A DNA stretch of 64,000 bases, taken from NCBI GenBank assembly GCA_002633005.1, contig NMRA01000073.1, positions 334,150 through 398,149 of the forward strand, given 5' to 3'. The stretch is from Phoronis australis. Taxonomy: Eukaryota > Animalia > Phoronida. Shown here piece by piece: positions 1 to 12,849 of this stretch (positions are counted from its first letter, which is position 1; the number at the start of each line of letters is the position of its first letter). Under the pieces are notes generated by a model. That model searched no databases, was not told where the DNA came from, and saw nothing but the letters and a program-made list of their open reading frames with translations. Position numbers and translations under genes: made by a program.

Positions 1-75
1 GCCAATGCTCACCCGCCAATGCTCACCCGGCGAATGCTCACCCGGCGGATGCTCAACCGGCGAATGCTTACCTGG
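1..75. repeat. ~15-bp tandem repeat (CGAATGCTCACCCGG-like) at an exon/intron boundary
   Basis: About five degenerate copies, cut by the window edge. Confidence 0.8.
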
Positions 76-206
76 TGAAACTTGAGTAGAGCATGTCGTC
101 ATTACTTCAGCGGATGATTGTGCTTCAACTACAGCAAGTGTTGTATCTTCAACCACATCCAGAGATGTATCTTCATCAATAAAACCATCTCCATCATCGT
201 CAATGC
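72..206 (-). CDS. Exon with second acidic motif (CIDDDGDGFIDED) and S/T-rich linker
   Basis: ttcttgtaag| acceptor and CAG|GTAAGC donor; 135 nt, in frame with the previous exon. Confidence 0.75.
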
Positions 207-3200
207 CTTACAAGAAATGAAATAAACAAAATTACCAATCCTGGCAGAGTTTAGCATTCAAAAAGAGGAATAACAGTAAAGGTCTTCAGAGAATGGTTTT
301 CAGCGACGGATATTAAGGCGGTTATCAATCTGCGTTCTGTCTAAGAAACTTAAGTTTGATCTAGACTACATGTACATTCCGTACTGAAATTGTTCTCCAC
401 TGGGTTTCTTACTGAGATCACAAATGACTCTGATCTTTCAAAAACCGACAGTTCCTTAGTGGTTGAGACCATCCTCGGCGAATTAAATGAAAATTCGCGA
501 CAAGTCAATTTGTAGAGATTGGTGGTCGATAGCAATATTGAAGTGCCAGTTCTTTGGAAGCCCAGAAATCACATCAAGTATTTCCTAATGAATGGTTTAA
601 GACACGTTTCATAAAAGAAAGGGACGAAAGACGGGTTTATTGGGGCAGCTCTCATTTTGCGACCACCTAATGGTTAGCTGTGGAGTTAAAGTAAACATGG
701 CAACTTTCAGTGAATAAACATCTGAGTACTATCTCACTTCATGGTAGATATAAGACATATTGCATTTACAAGCGCAAAATCAAAGTTCCTGCAAACGAGG
801 CTGTCATCAGGCGTGGTTATCATCACCATCAATCATGTCCTGAATGTTTCCACCATCTAACTTACTACATGTACAACCTGGTTTGTCTTTCAATTCCCTG
901 GGGTTCTCTGGGTATACATACGCCTTTATATGGCAAAACACCGGTACGCAGATCACCTTTCATAGCACTTGAGGGCCACAATATCTGTCTGTGTTCAATG
1001 AACATATGGTCGCACTCAACACATGTTAATGTTGGTGGCATATACATTACCGGGACAGGCGGAGCGCGATTGTTTTGAAAACATACATATAGGATAACAA
1101 AAAGTCGTAATACAGTCAAAATAATAACAAAACATGGCAGATTTTCCCTTCAACAGGACTTACTCTCCCGCCCACTTACAGTGCAAGTGCGTGTGATTTA
1201 GTTTGTTCACTCCACCAAATCAAATATCCTAGATGGTGAACAAAACCGTGGACTCGTGTGTAATCGTTATGAGGATAATTGGATATTGTCGCTATCTCGA
1301 CGAAAAGTAATCCATGCACACGGAATGTCTATTCAATACAACACAGATTTCTGGGTTTTTCATTTGTTTCCTTGTATGTTCTGTGTTTTCTTGAAGAAAT
1401 ACCGCTATGCCTGCTAAATACTTTCAAGACAAGTGTCCGTAATTGTGTGCTCGAATTTTACTTTGATTTGGCAGATGAATCTTTAGACCATGTTAGCGCA
1501 ACCGTAAACTCGAGTTGAAACGCAAGGCCATTTCGAGTTCAGACTGGAATTTACGACTTAAACACATTACTGGGACCATCAAGTAAGAACTCGGGTTAAC
1601 TAGACATCCATTCACGTACACAACAAGGTACAAGAGCACGGAATAATTAACACCTACATTACGTTCGTTCTAACTGATAACTGAAATGGTAATGGTCGGA
1701 TATAACGTGCCCTCATTTTGCCACTGAATAACGGGCACCAAACTTGTTCTCAAAATACCGGCACGTTATATCCGACTATAGCTCCGAAAATGTTCCAAAT
1801 AACTCGAAGTTCGATTTCGGATGTTAGGCCCTGAGCTGTGGTTGGTAGCTTGTCAATCTTTCACAAACAGCAGGTCGACCAGTCTTAAAGTGACTAGAAA
1901 TGAAAATAAGCCCACCTTCCAAAACATGTACAATTTAGATATAGACAAAGAGGCTATGAAACTGTTACTTACTCAAACTGGTGATGATTTCACTGCTTCG
2001 AAACAGCTGTTAATTGGTTACTGTTTGAAATTCTCTTGTAATAGTTGGGCTTAAGTGTCACGGCTTGACACTGCACTAAACAAAGTCTCCACGAAAAAAC
2101 AAGATGCAAGTACCTTCAAAACCCAGGAACCACTTCTCACCAGAGTAAAGAATATCTCAAAAGCTTGTTTCTTCGTTTCTTTACTGAGGCTTTAACTAGT
2201 AGTTCTACTTAGAGGTTTCCGGGTAAAGAATTCGCCTGGCTCAAGACAGTTCCGGCCTTCAGGTTGCCCGGAAACCAGTTAAGGTCAAATAATAACTTAA
2301 AAATGAATTCAGGTGATACGAACGTGTAATGAAAGTTACGAGTGACTTACAGTTGAACAGTTCTTCGTCTATCTGGCCATCGCAGTCATTGTCTTTCCCG
2401 TCCCCGTGACTTACCGGCGAATTAGCGCACGGTAAAGTTATGGCTCTCAAGCGGTACCCAGCAGGATGACCGTACGATTCGTAGGTGGCGTGCCCGTAGA
2501 CATGGACGGAAAAGGTAACTGTGGGACACTTGTGGTAAATCGTGTGCATACCAGGTGTTATTCCAACGGCTGCAACAACGTACCCGGGAAAATGGACAGG
2601 GCGCCATGTCGTTGAAATGGAGTCATTGTCTAACAAAAGATCTGTCTGAGAACCTAGTGGAACGACAATGTTGATATAGTTTGTAAATTCTCGATCGTAG
2701 ACTGGTGTCACAGTCATGAAGGAATAAAATGATGCCGATGCCTCTAGAGGCGGAATCCCTGACATAAAAGGGTCACTATATTTTTGCTTTTCCGACGACT
2801 TACAGTACTGTGCCACAAAAAATGGTTTGTCACCAACAAGAAATAAGCTGTGGACAGAAGATTCTCTTTCTTCTGACTGGCCTTTGCCCAGCAATATGTC
2901 TTCTGTGGAATTGCTCACGCCGTCAGTGTAGACGGTAACTGTCGTGTTGTCTTCAGAAGCTACAAATAAAACGTTATGAGTAATGGGGTACTTATCAAAA
3001 AGGTTTCGTACTCACATTTGTTATACATCGGCTGTAACAAAAAAGTGTTTTAAGTTTCAAAGGGCTGTATCGTCGTTTTTCAACTTCTTAAAAATCGCAT
3101 TTGTCCCCGCCTTAAACAAGTTTAGTGGAATTTGTCTTCTAAGCTCGCAACTGCTGGTTCAGTGGCGGATTTAGAGGGGGGCCAAGGGGGCCATGGCCCC

Positions 3201-6200
3201 CTCTAAAATTCTCCAAGATTCCCTTTGTCAGTTCGGGGGTGCAAATGTCTGACTGGCAAAATCCTGGTTAATACTGTGCTCTGGCCCTCCCCTAACTCAA
3301 AATCCTGGATCCGCCCATGTGGTTAAACATACTGATCACGCAGAAAGTTGATAGAGGAAACACATAAACCATTACAAAAGTTCAATATGTGTGGTCCTTT
3401 ATGTCGTTGATTCAGATTTTTATGTTTTTACACTGCAATTGCGGATAGAGACTATTCCGCGTGGTGGCGCTACAACCAAGTCAGATAGACTCCAGACTCA
3501 CGGAACAAGATTAGTCCTTTGGTTCGTAGATCACTCTAACAACTGAAGAATAAACTAATATTTGGTCACAAGTTCAAACATGCTGAACAAACTTGGCACC
3601 ATTTTTCTTCCAATTTAGTAGAAACTGTACTGTTTTGCACAATAATGTTGAGACTACCTATTGTCACTTTAAGGATGTGCAAACGATATCCAGGTTTAAC
3701 AAAGATTCAAAGGTTTTATAGGAGGAACCTTCAAAGCAAATTTAAAACACTCATTGGTCAGTAAGGTACAGTAGTAAGCCGGTAGACAGCCGTCGCAACT
3801 ACGGAACATAATTAAATGGACATTATCTGCGAGAAAAAAAAGCGATTTTTTAAAATCAGCCCCCAAGGTTGCAGCCCAACGCTTTGCTGGCGGAGCCAAA
3901 CCCACGCTCAATTCACAAACCATTTAATGGCAGAGTATTTCAAGAGTATTTAGACGCTGCATTTTGTTCTGGTTAGCCTACTATAAAACAAAAATAGAAC
4001 GAGGCCTTTTATTCTAGTAAAATGAGTCTCAAAACACATTTTACCGTGATGGAATTACATTTCCTTTACCATCAAAAACATCAAAACCATCAGCTATTAA
4101 AAAAAAAACACTTCACAGTTTATTGGCAACCCTAAAATTGTAGATTCAAAAAAGCGCATGCACGCACTGCAGGGAATAAAGTCACCGGGTTATTTGACTT
4201 TAATTCGAAATTAGATGGGCTTTCAAATCCCTTAGCATACCACTTGCCAGCTAAACGGGGTCAAAATACAGCTTTATCCAGTCAAGTCAACAGCCTTGTT
4301 TTCAGCGAATATCTGGCAGGGAACAGCGAGAAATGTCTTTTTGTAATAATATCAAACAATCGCAACGAGTTCTGTTTTAGAGCCCTAAAGTAATAAATCT
4401 CAACATCTCATTTAGCAGTAATAACTCTCATCATCCCATCCAGCAGTAATAACTCTAATCATCCCATCCAACAGTAATAACTCTCATCATCCCATCCAAC
4501 AGTAATTATACCACTCATCATCCCATCCAACAGTAATAACTCTCATCATCTCATTCAGCAGTAATAACTCATCATTCCATGCAACAGTGATAACTCTCAT
4601 CATCCCATCAAGCAGTAATAACTCTCATCATCCCATCCAACAGTAATTATACCACTCATCATCCCATCCAACAGTAATAACTCTCATCATCTCATTCAGC
4701 AGTAATAACTCATCATTCCATGCAACAGTGATAACTCTCATCATCCCATCAAGCAGTAATAACTCTCATCATCCCATCCAACAGTAATTATACCACTCAT
4801 CATCCCATCCAACAGTAATAACTCTCATCATCTCATTCAGCAGTAATAACTCATCATTCCATGCAACAGTGATAACTCTCATCATCCCATCAAGCAGTAA
4901 TAACTCTCATCATCCCATCCAACAGTAATAACTCTCATCATCCCATCGAAGAGTAATAACTCTCATCATCCCATCCAAGAGTAATAACTCTCATCATCCC
5001 ATCCAACAGTAATAACTCTCATCATCCCATCGAACAGTAAAAACTCCCATCATCCCATCCAACAGTAATAAATCTCATCATCCCATTCAGCAGCAATAAC
5101 TCTCATCATCCCATTCAGCAGTAATAACTCTCTCATCCCATCCAGCAGTAATAACTCTTATCATTCCATCTACTAGTAATAACTCTCACCATCCATTCAA
5201 CAGTGATAACTCTCATTATCCCATTCAACAGTAAAAATGATCATCATCCCATTCAGCAGTAATAACTCTTATCATTCCATCTAGTAGTAATAACTCTCAT
5301 CATCCATCCAACAGTAATAACTCTCATTATCCCATTCGACAGTAATAATGCTCATCATCCCATCCAACAGTAATAACTCTCATCATCCCATCCAACAGTA
5401 ATGACTCTCATCATCCCATTCAACAGTAATAACTCTCATCATCCATCCAACAGTGATAAGTCTGATTATCCCATTCAACAGTAAAAATGATCATCATCCC
5501 ATCCAACAGTAATAACTCTCATCATCCCATCCCACAGTAATGACTCTCATCATCTCATTCAGCAGTAATAACTCTCGTCATCCCATGCAACAGTAATAAC
5601 TCTCATCATCCCATACAGCAATAATATCTAATCATCCAATCCAACTGTAATACCTCTCATCATCCCATCCAGCAGTAATAACTCTCATCATCCCATCCAA
5701 GAGTAATAACTCTCATCATCCCATCCAACACTAATAATTCTCATCATCCCATGCAACAGTAATAACTCTCACCTCATTCAGCAATGTTAACTCTCATCAT
5801 CCCATCCAAGAGTAATAACTCTCATCATTCCATCCAGCAGTAATGACTCTCATCATAACATCCAACAGTAATAACTCTCATCATCCCATCCAGCAGTAAT
5901 AAATCTCATCAAACCATCCAACAGTAATAACTCTCATCACCTATCCAGCAGTAATAACTCTCATCATCCCATCCAGCAGTAATTACTCTCATCAACTCAT
6001 ACTGCGGTAAAAACTGATCATCCCATCTAACAGAAATAACTGTAATCATCCCATCCTGCAGTAATAACTCTCATCATCCCATTCAGCAGTAATAACTCTC
6101 ATCATCTCATCCAACAGTAATAACTGTCATTATCTCACCCAACAGTAATAACTCTCATCATCCCATCCAACAGTAACATGTCTCATCAACCCATCCAACA

Positions 6201-9200
6201 GTAATAACTCTCATCATCTCATTCATTACTCATAGCTCTCATCATCCAATCCAGAAGTAATAACTCTCATCATCTCATTCATTACTCATAGCTCTCATCA
6301 TCCAATCCAGCAGTAATAACTCTCATCATCTCATGCATTACTCATAGCTCTCATCATCCAATCCAGCAGTAATAACTCTCATCATCCCATCCAACAGTAA
6401 TAACTCATCATCCCATCCACGAGTAATAACTCTCATCATCCCATCCAACAGTAATAACTCTTATAATCCTAACCAACAATAATAACTCTCGTCATTCCAT
6501 CCAGCAGTAATAACTCTCATCATCTCATCCAGCAGTAATAACTCATCATCCCATCCAGCAGTAATAACTCTCATCATCTCATCCAGCAGCAATAACTCTC
6601 ATCATCTCATTCATTACTCATAGCTCTCATCATCCCATCCAGCAGTATTAACTCTCATCATCCCATCCTAGAAGTAACAACTCTCATCATCCCATACAGC
6701 AGTAGTAACTCCTCATCCCATCCAACAGTAATAACTCTTATAATCATATCCATCAGCATCCCATCCAACAGTAATAGCTCTCATAATCCCATCCAGCAGT
6801 AGTAACTCTCTTCATCTCATTCAGCGGTAATAACTCTCATCATCCCATCCAACAATAACAATCCTAATCATTCCATCCAGCAGTAACAACTCTCATCATC
6901 CCATCCAACAGTAATAACTCTCATCATCCCATCCAGTAATAGGTCTCATCATCCCATGCAACAGCAACAACTCTCATTATCACATCTAGCAGTAATGACT
7001 CTCATCATCTCATCCAGCAGTAATAACTCTCATCATCCCATCCAGCAGTAATAACTCTCATCATCCCATCCAGCAGTAATAACTCTCATTATCCCATCCA
7101 GTAGTAATAACTTTCATCATCCCATCCAACAGTAATATCTCTAATCATCCCATCCAACATTAATGTCTCTCATCATCCCATTCAGCAGTAATAAGTCTCA
7201 TCATCCCATCCAGCAGTAGTAACTTTCATCATGCCATCCAACAGTAATAAGTCTCATAATCCCACCCTACAGTAACCCCAAGATGAGTTTAAGTCGTAAA
7301 ATCGATGTCTGTGAAGCAACCAAAGATGTTTCATTTGAGTTGACGCTGTAAGGAATATGTAAAGCCTAATTTTCGTAAGTGTGAAGCTATGATATGATTC
7401 AAAGCACCGTCTAAAGGCTTGAAGGTTCTTTTATTATTAAACCTCAGGTGAATGCAGCAGAGATGATTTCACCTTTAGCAGGACGTGCATTACATTTTTC
7501 AACCTCATTGCATCTTTTAAATTCAAAGCCCAAGTCTTACACGAAATTTAAGAAATGTATTGTTGCTACTGCATAATAATTATATTTGTGACGGTTTTTG
7601 TGTCCACACATGTAAAGCTATTGAAGATGCAGCACACCGATCCATTGGAGCCATTTTTGTACACCATTTTCGGATATTTTACTTACCTTGAACTTCTAGC
7701 TTGGTTGCAGCTCATCATTGATAACTTGCAAAACATAGCATTGGTACCAACTACTGACTACTACCACAACTAAATTATGGGATACATAGAGAAAAAACAA
7801 TAACTTATGGAACTCACGAAAAACTATGATAATTTTATGCGGGTTGTACTTATTAATTAGCAAAATGCTTAATTTGATGTCAAAAATTTTTCATGAAACG
7901 TGAAATCCATGTCTTGGAAAACTCACGAGATTGGAGCCACGTATAGGCTGGTGAATAATAACATGGAATCAAAAAAGTAATATTAAGTAAAAACAATGAC
8001 GAACACTAATTGATAAATTCAATGTAAAATGATCTTACCGGTGACTGTAAACAAGAAAGTTGAGCGGTCAGCAAGTTTTGCTACGATAAAACTTCGCCCC
8101 CATGTTTTCAGCGGTGGGATCTGTTCCACCAGGTGGTCTGTAGTTGGATTATTGTTATTCGAAAAGTCTAGGAAGGCTCGCTCCGCTCCGCTGAAGACTG
8201 CGACTGGACGTGATGCCTTGATCATTGCACCTGTCAGGTCATAATCCGAGCTCACTGCTAACGACTCAAAGGCGTCAAGTGTCTGTTTAATTTTGGAGTT
8301 ACTATGATAGTCATCACCAGAAAAACGGAGAGGTCCGGGAGATGTTTGCGTACGCCAAATTTCTATATCCGTGTCGTCCTCAGTCACTACAACTGCCAGC
8401 TCTCCGTACTTTTTTCCACTTTCGGGTTTGATGTGTTTTGAAGAAATGGCCATGTTTTCATTTCCCAACACGTCGACAGGTAAAGCAACAAAAGTGTCCA
8501 CTGAGTACGTTTGTTTATTAACTCCATACACTGAAACCTCGTGGCTGGATTCTACCAATATACCTGCAAATAGAGGGGGAAATATCCACTGTCAAACACG
8601 AGTTTAATGTTTTATTACGGAAAATATAATGCACAATAACAAAGGGTTAAGCCGAGAAAAATACAGAAAGCATTATATCTAGGCTTCGCAAGAAGTAGTT
8701 GTCGTTTTGACACTGGTACATGTTTGACATTTTGCGGGGAAGCGGTTCTGCCATGTCCTTATTTCAGCGTAATAGATTCAATTGGCGTTGCTAGTGTTCA
8801 TAGACACATGAATTTCCCCACCAAAGTATTCCATAGGTGACTGATTAGAGCCGCCACTCTACCAATCGGGTGTAATTCTAAAGGAAGATATAAAATACCT
8901 TTAGACGATACATCAGAGGCGTCCATTCGGGTAGACGGCGCAAATGTTACCTTGTGGACTTGATCTTTTCGTATGACAAAGCTGTCCACCTGAAAGTTTT
9001 TTAATGGTAGCGTGACCACTACTGTCACGTCAGTATCCTCAGAGGTGGTTACGAGTATCTCAGGCTCGACATTCTTGCCATACCTTCGAGAATTCTTCAT
9101 GAATGACAATACAAATCGTCTCCCTTGGTTATCAGGTGTACCTGTACGAAAAAAATAAATCTGGTCTGTCTCTAGTAAAACTAGTATGACACGGTGCTTG

Positions 9201-11903
9201 GCCTGCATTACATGTTAGCATTTTTCGAATAATCTTTTGTTATACACTAGTGTTTTGCGTCTGCGAAACGAGCTTTTGTCTCCTCGTTTCAGCTTCAAAT
9301 CGAAGGTTGCGTTCAGTAAAGCAGGTTTATGGCAAAAAAGAGAGACCACACAGTTGTTCGCGAAATACCGCCATGCATTACCAGTCACAAACCACTACTA
9401 TCCACACGTGTCGTTTTTGCAAAAAAAGTTGTCAAAAAGTTAACGAAATGAGGAATATACGACCTTCGCAAAAATTAAAAACATACATGGATTATAAAAA
9501 ATCACCTTTTGTTCTATTCACGTTTTCTGCACTATAATTAGCAACCCAAATTCAAAGAAAATTGTCGAGAAAAAAGACCACCTTCAAAATGGAGACTTCG
9601 ACGGCTGTTTCCATTTCCGGGAAGATCTCGAGGGTCGGTTTCGCTTCTAAGTCGACCAATGGCATTCAAGTACATACTAGGTTAACTGTAGGCATCTTTT
9701 TGCGAATCACGACATCAACTTACGGTAGTATAACTCAGCTACAAGATAGCGTCGACAGCAAGGCATGTGTTTGGAAAACGTTGACATTTTTGCATGTTCT
9801 GCCGTCTTCTTTCATCAAATGACTTTTTTCCTGTTTTGGTTTGGAACTGGTACTGTATTTATTAATATTATTGTTTATTTATTATAAGTGACATAAGGGT
9901 ACCAGAACATGCATGATCTCAAATACAGAATATTAACCACACACACACACCAACATCTATGAGCTTACTCAGTCACCTTATGACAACTGACCAATAAACC
10001 CAACATTTAATTCACGCACTCATTGTAAATCTGACAACTTTTGACTAGTCAATAAGCAAATAATTAGCTCTGAACTGAAAAGCGTCTTAAATGAATTTTG
10101 CTAGAATATTTGAGGTAGGGCGGAACTTCGTATAACAATGGTCGAATATGAGTACATTTTTTCACAATCAAAGATGAAATGTACTTCATCTTCAATTTCA
10201 TTTTCACAAACACCAGGAGTTCCAGAGTACCGCCTCACCTCAACCTCCAATGGTAGAATACCTGCTCTCAATCGAACTATGACGAACCTCTGATACACCG
10301 GCAGACGCAAATAATCTTTTGCACGATAATCTTTCTTGACAGATCTACGGTATATAAGCGTAGTTTTGTCTAATCAGTTTAACTCTTCTAACTGGAAACT
10401 GACTTTGAAGATTTCGAGAGGCACAATTTGTTTGTTTCTGAAATTTTATTTTGCTTCATTCAGGCCTTGCAACTACCACGGGGGTTCGATTTTAATTTGC
10501 AATAATTGGGCAAAATTGTTTTCCACGTTTTTCAACATTGTTATTATTCCCCAACACCACGTCACGATACCATACTGGACAAGTTGAGTGACTTACGGCG
10601 GATCATTTTCGACATAAAACTCGTTCTTAACAACATTTGAGAATTTTCAACGTACTTCATATTCATATCGTCGCTGTACTTTGTGTTTCTATCTAATTTG
10701 ACGGTCACAGAGATAAGGAATCAGTTTGCAAATTCCACTTTAAAAGAGCGGCAATGGATGTCATGATTAAAAGGACCCATGAAAATAAAAGAATATCGTT
10801 ATAAAAGACAGAAACAAAGCCGGAATCGATGTTTTCACCGCGGCCCCTCCACCAGGGGGCAAAGTGCCAGTCTATAGATTTCTGAAGAAGAAGAAATCAA
10901 AAACTGAGTGAAAGACAAATAACTAAGGGTTTACTAGCCTTAGGCCTTATTTTTTAAACTCACCGGAATAACAATACGGTATGTTGCAGTACTCGTAACC
11001 GGCATTAGCACTCTTGAAACACCATGGTCCTGAAGGTTTTCCATCTGGATTCCGGCAAAAATTTGACACATCACCAATCGCAGGTTCAGGAAAAGCTGAC
11101 GCATCCGTGAATACGTGACTGTTGGGTGACTGTGAAGACCAAGTTTGACACTTAACGCCGCGGTGTGTCACAGATACTTTCCCTTTATATTCTTGGCCTT
11201 TACGCGTGAGTTTACATTCTGGAAGTTGAATTCCTAAGAAATTTACAATTTGCATTGCTTTTCGCAACACCATGGTACATTGTATTTTCACCTTCATGTG
11301 CATTTCCGTGTCATTTCTCTTCGCACCGTGGCACTCTTTGAAATACTACAGAAAACATTGCATGGAAATAAATCGTTAGTAGTTTTTAGGAACAAATGAC
11401 TTGAAATTAAAAACTCCCGTCCTATAAATTTATAAGTACAACATAATTAATAGAGCATAATACACTTAATGGCCAGCGCTCACTCACCTGATGTGGTCTA
11501 GCACAATTGGATTCTAAATTGATAATCGTTAATTCGCAAGACTCCCCGCAAAAAGCGGCAGAACGGTTCCGGCTTATCTTATCAGTCGTCGTTTGTGTCC
11601 ACATTAATCAACAGTGCTCCCTGTCAAGTTCGCCGTCACAGCAATCACACTGTCTTAGACATTGATGACATCCGTGCATCCTCTGACCACATCATGTACG
11701 TGTATTATTATAGCCAACAACATATCAATGGCAACAATATGAATTCATTTTTCCCGATACTAAAGGGTGATTTTCATACTTCATGAATAAAATACACAAA
11801 AATTTGTAGCATGGGTAATGTAAATGGAATTTCACTTACCATTTTGGCAGCTGTATGGTAAAATTGTTAGAACAAGAAACCATAGCAGCAGGTCCGATAA
11901 CAT
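72..11903 (-). CDS. Multi-exon secreted protein: signal peptide + Kringle + IgGFc-binding (FCGBP N-terminal-like) domain + DxDxDGxIDE motifs; 3' end lies beyond the window
   Basis: Six exons (11840-11903, 10964-11218, 8899-9141, 8039-8563, 2351-2959, 72-206) join in frame through GT-AG introns that are all phase 1, giving about 610 aa in the window. Confidence 0.85.
1695..1776. mobile_element. Tiny MITE-like inverted repeat
   Basis: Perfect 17-bp inverted repeat GTCGGATATAACGTGCC / GGCACGTTATATCCGAC. Confidence 0.55.
2351..2959 (-). CDS. IgGFc-binding domain C-terminal exon plus first DNDCDGQIDE motif
   Basis: Motifs SDPFMSGIPP, NYINIVVP, GMHTIYH, VYGHATYESYGHPAG, then DGKDNDCDGQIDEE; tag| acceptor and |GTAAGT donor. 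Confidence 0.88.
3160..3319. mobile_element. MITE with CAGTGGCGGAT..ATCCGCCCATG termini and 5-bp TSD (hAT5-like)
   Basis: TGGTT is duplicated on both flanks; homologous copy at 50752-50893. Confidence 0.75.
4389..7277. repeat. Intronic 28-bp minisatellite (CAGTAATAACTCTCATCATCCCATCCAA)n
   Basis: About 2.9 kb tandem array, roughly 100 units, inside the intron between 2960 and 8038. Confidence 0.97.
8039..8563 (-). CDS. IgGFc-binding domain exon
   Basis: Motifs VSVYGVN..DTFVALPVDVLG..DLTGAMIKASRPVAVFSG..DHLVEQIPPLKTWG. Confidence 0.9.
8899..9141 (-). CDS. IgGFc-binding protein N-terminal region exon
   Basis: GTPDNQGRRFVLSFMKN..EILVTT..SKG resembles the DNxGxxFxxxFxxN start of FCGBP-like proteins; phase 1-1 exon. 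Confidence 0.85.
9900..10340 (-). mobile_element. Degenerate 3' end of a non-LTR retrotransposon ORF2
   Basis: RLRAGILPLEVEVRRY..VCENEIEDEVHFIFDC is a typical LINE C-terminal zinc-knuckle region. Confidence 0.7.
10964..11218 (-). CDS. Kringle-domain exon
   Basis: ECKLTRKGQEYKG..CQTWSSQSPNSH..NFCRNPDGKPSGPWCF..YEYCNIPYC is a canonical Kringle; bounded by cag| and |GTGAGT. Confidence 0.92.
11840..11903 (-). CDS. Signal-peptide exon (MLSDLLLWFLVLTILPYSCQNG)
   Basis: Acceptor cag|a precedes the ATG; hydrophobic core; donor G|GTAAGT in phase 1, matching the Kringle exon. A probable 5'UTR exon ends at 12120 (G|GTAAGC). Confidence 0.75.
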
Positions 11904-12471
11904 TCTGTTCGAAAGACGTCTGCAATGCTGTCACGAAAGTACCAGGGACAATCTACAATTAATCACATACTTTTTAGAGAATGCAATACGAGTCGTAATT
12001 AATATTGAAATTCTCATAATATGGACCCCATCGCCCTTTTTGAAAAAGCTAGTTTACTTTATCTTCATTTAAATGAAATATAACGTCATATAATCTGTCG
12101 CATTTCGAAAAAAGCTTACCGCGACGTACATGCAGAGCATGCAGTTTGCGTTTGACAAATACATGTAGTTTCATATATATCCAATTTCATTACAGTTTAA
12201 TCAGTTAATGATTTCAACGGTCGCATTAGTTTATTCTTGTAATGTTAATGGACTTTTGTTTGCAAATAGAAAACGTACATGTTTAATTGGCTTTCTTCAA
12301 ACTGGGATAATAGAAACAAAAATGTCATCAATAGCGTTTAATTGACACATAAATTCATAATATTGTACGTCAGAGTAGTAATTAGGTAAATTAAATAATG
12401 TAATACAGATTAGTGTGCAGCCAACATTTGATATCATAGATTGTTTGCATAGGTTTACGTGCATGAGAGTA

Positions 12472-12849
12472 CAATGGTTCCGGTTCCATGCTTATTGTCG
12501 CTGAACAATTGTCAATATATATGGCTGACGTGTCAATATAAGTTTAATGATACATAAATTATCAATCTAAACCTCAGCAAACTTGGCGTAATTTTAGCCC
12601 GACTTTGCAAATTCTATCACACTTGCCGTACTTTTAGTAAAACCTTGCAAATTCTGACAAAGTTGCCGAAAGTTTAGTCCGACGCTAAGAATTATGACAA
12701 AATTGCCTTAATTTTAATCCGATGTTACAAATTCTGGCTCCTTCCACAGGGAATTGATGACTGACCGATTTTCATACGAAAATTGTATCGTCTTCTGCCC
12801 GGACTCCTGGACAACAAATCCAGGTCTCTACTAAAATCTGGAACCACTG
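12472..12849. mobile_element. Tc1/mariner-type MITE with internal ~39-bp tandem repeats
   Basis: TA|CAATGGTTCCGG ... CTGGAACCACTG|TA termini with TA TSD. Confidence 0.6.

Noticed and set aside
350-2054. Short ORFs in the intron of the Kringle-IgGFc gene
   Set aside because: No domain motifs, and they are not needed for the in-frame exon chain.
4389-7277. 28-bp repeat array as a CRISPR array
   Set aside because: The units are contiguous with no unique spacers, there are no cas genes, and it lies in a eukaryotic intron.
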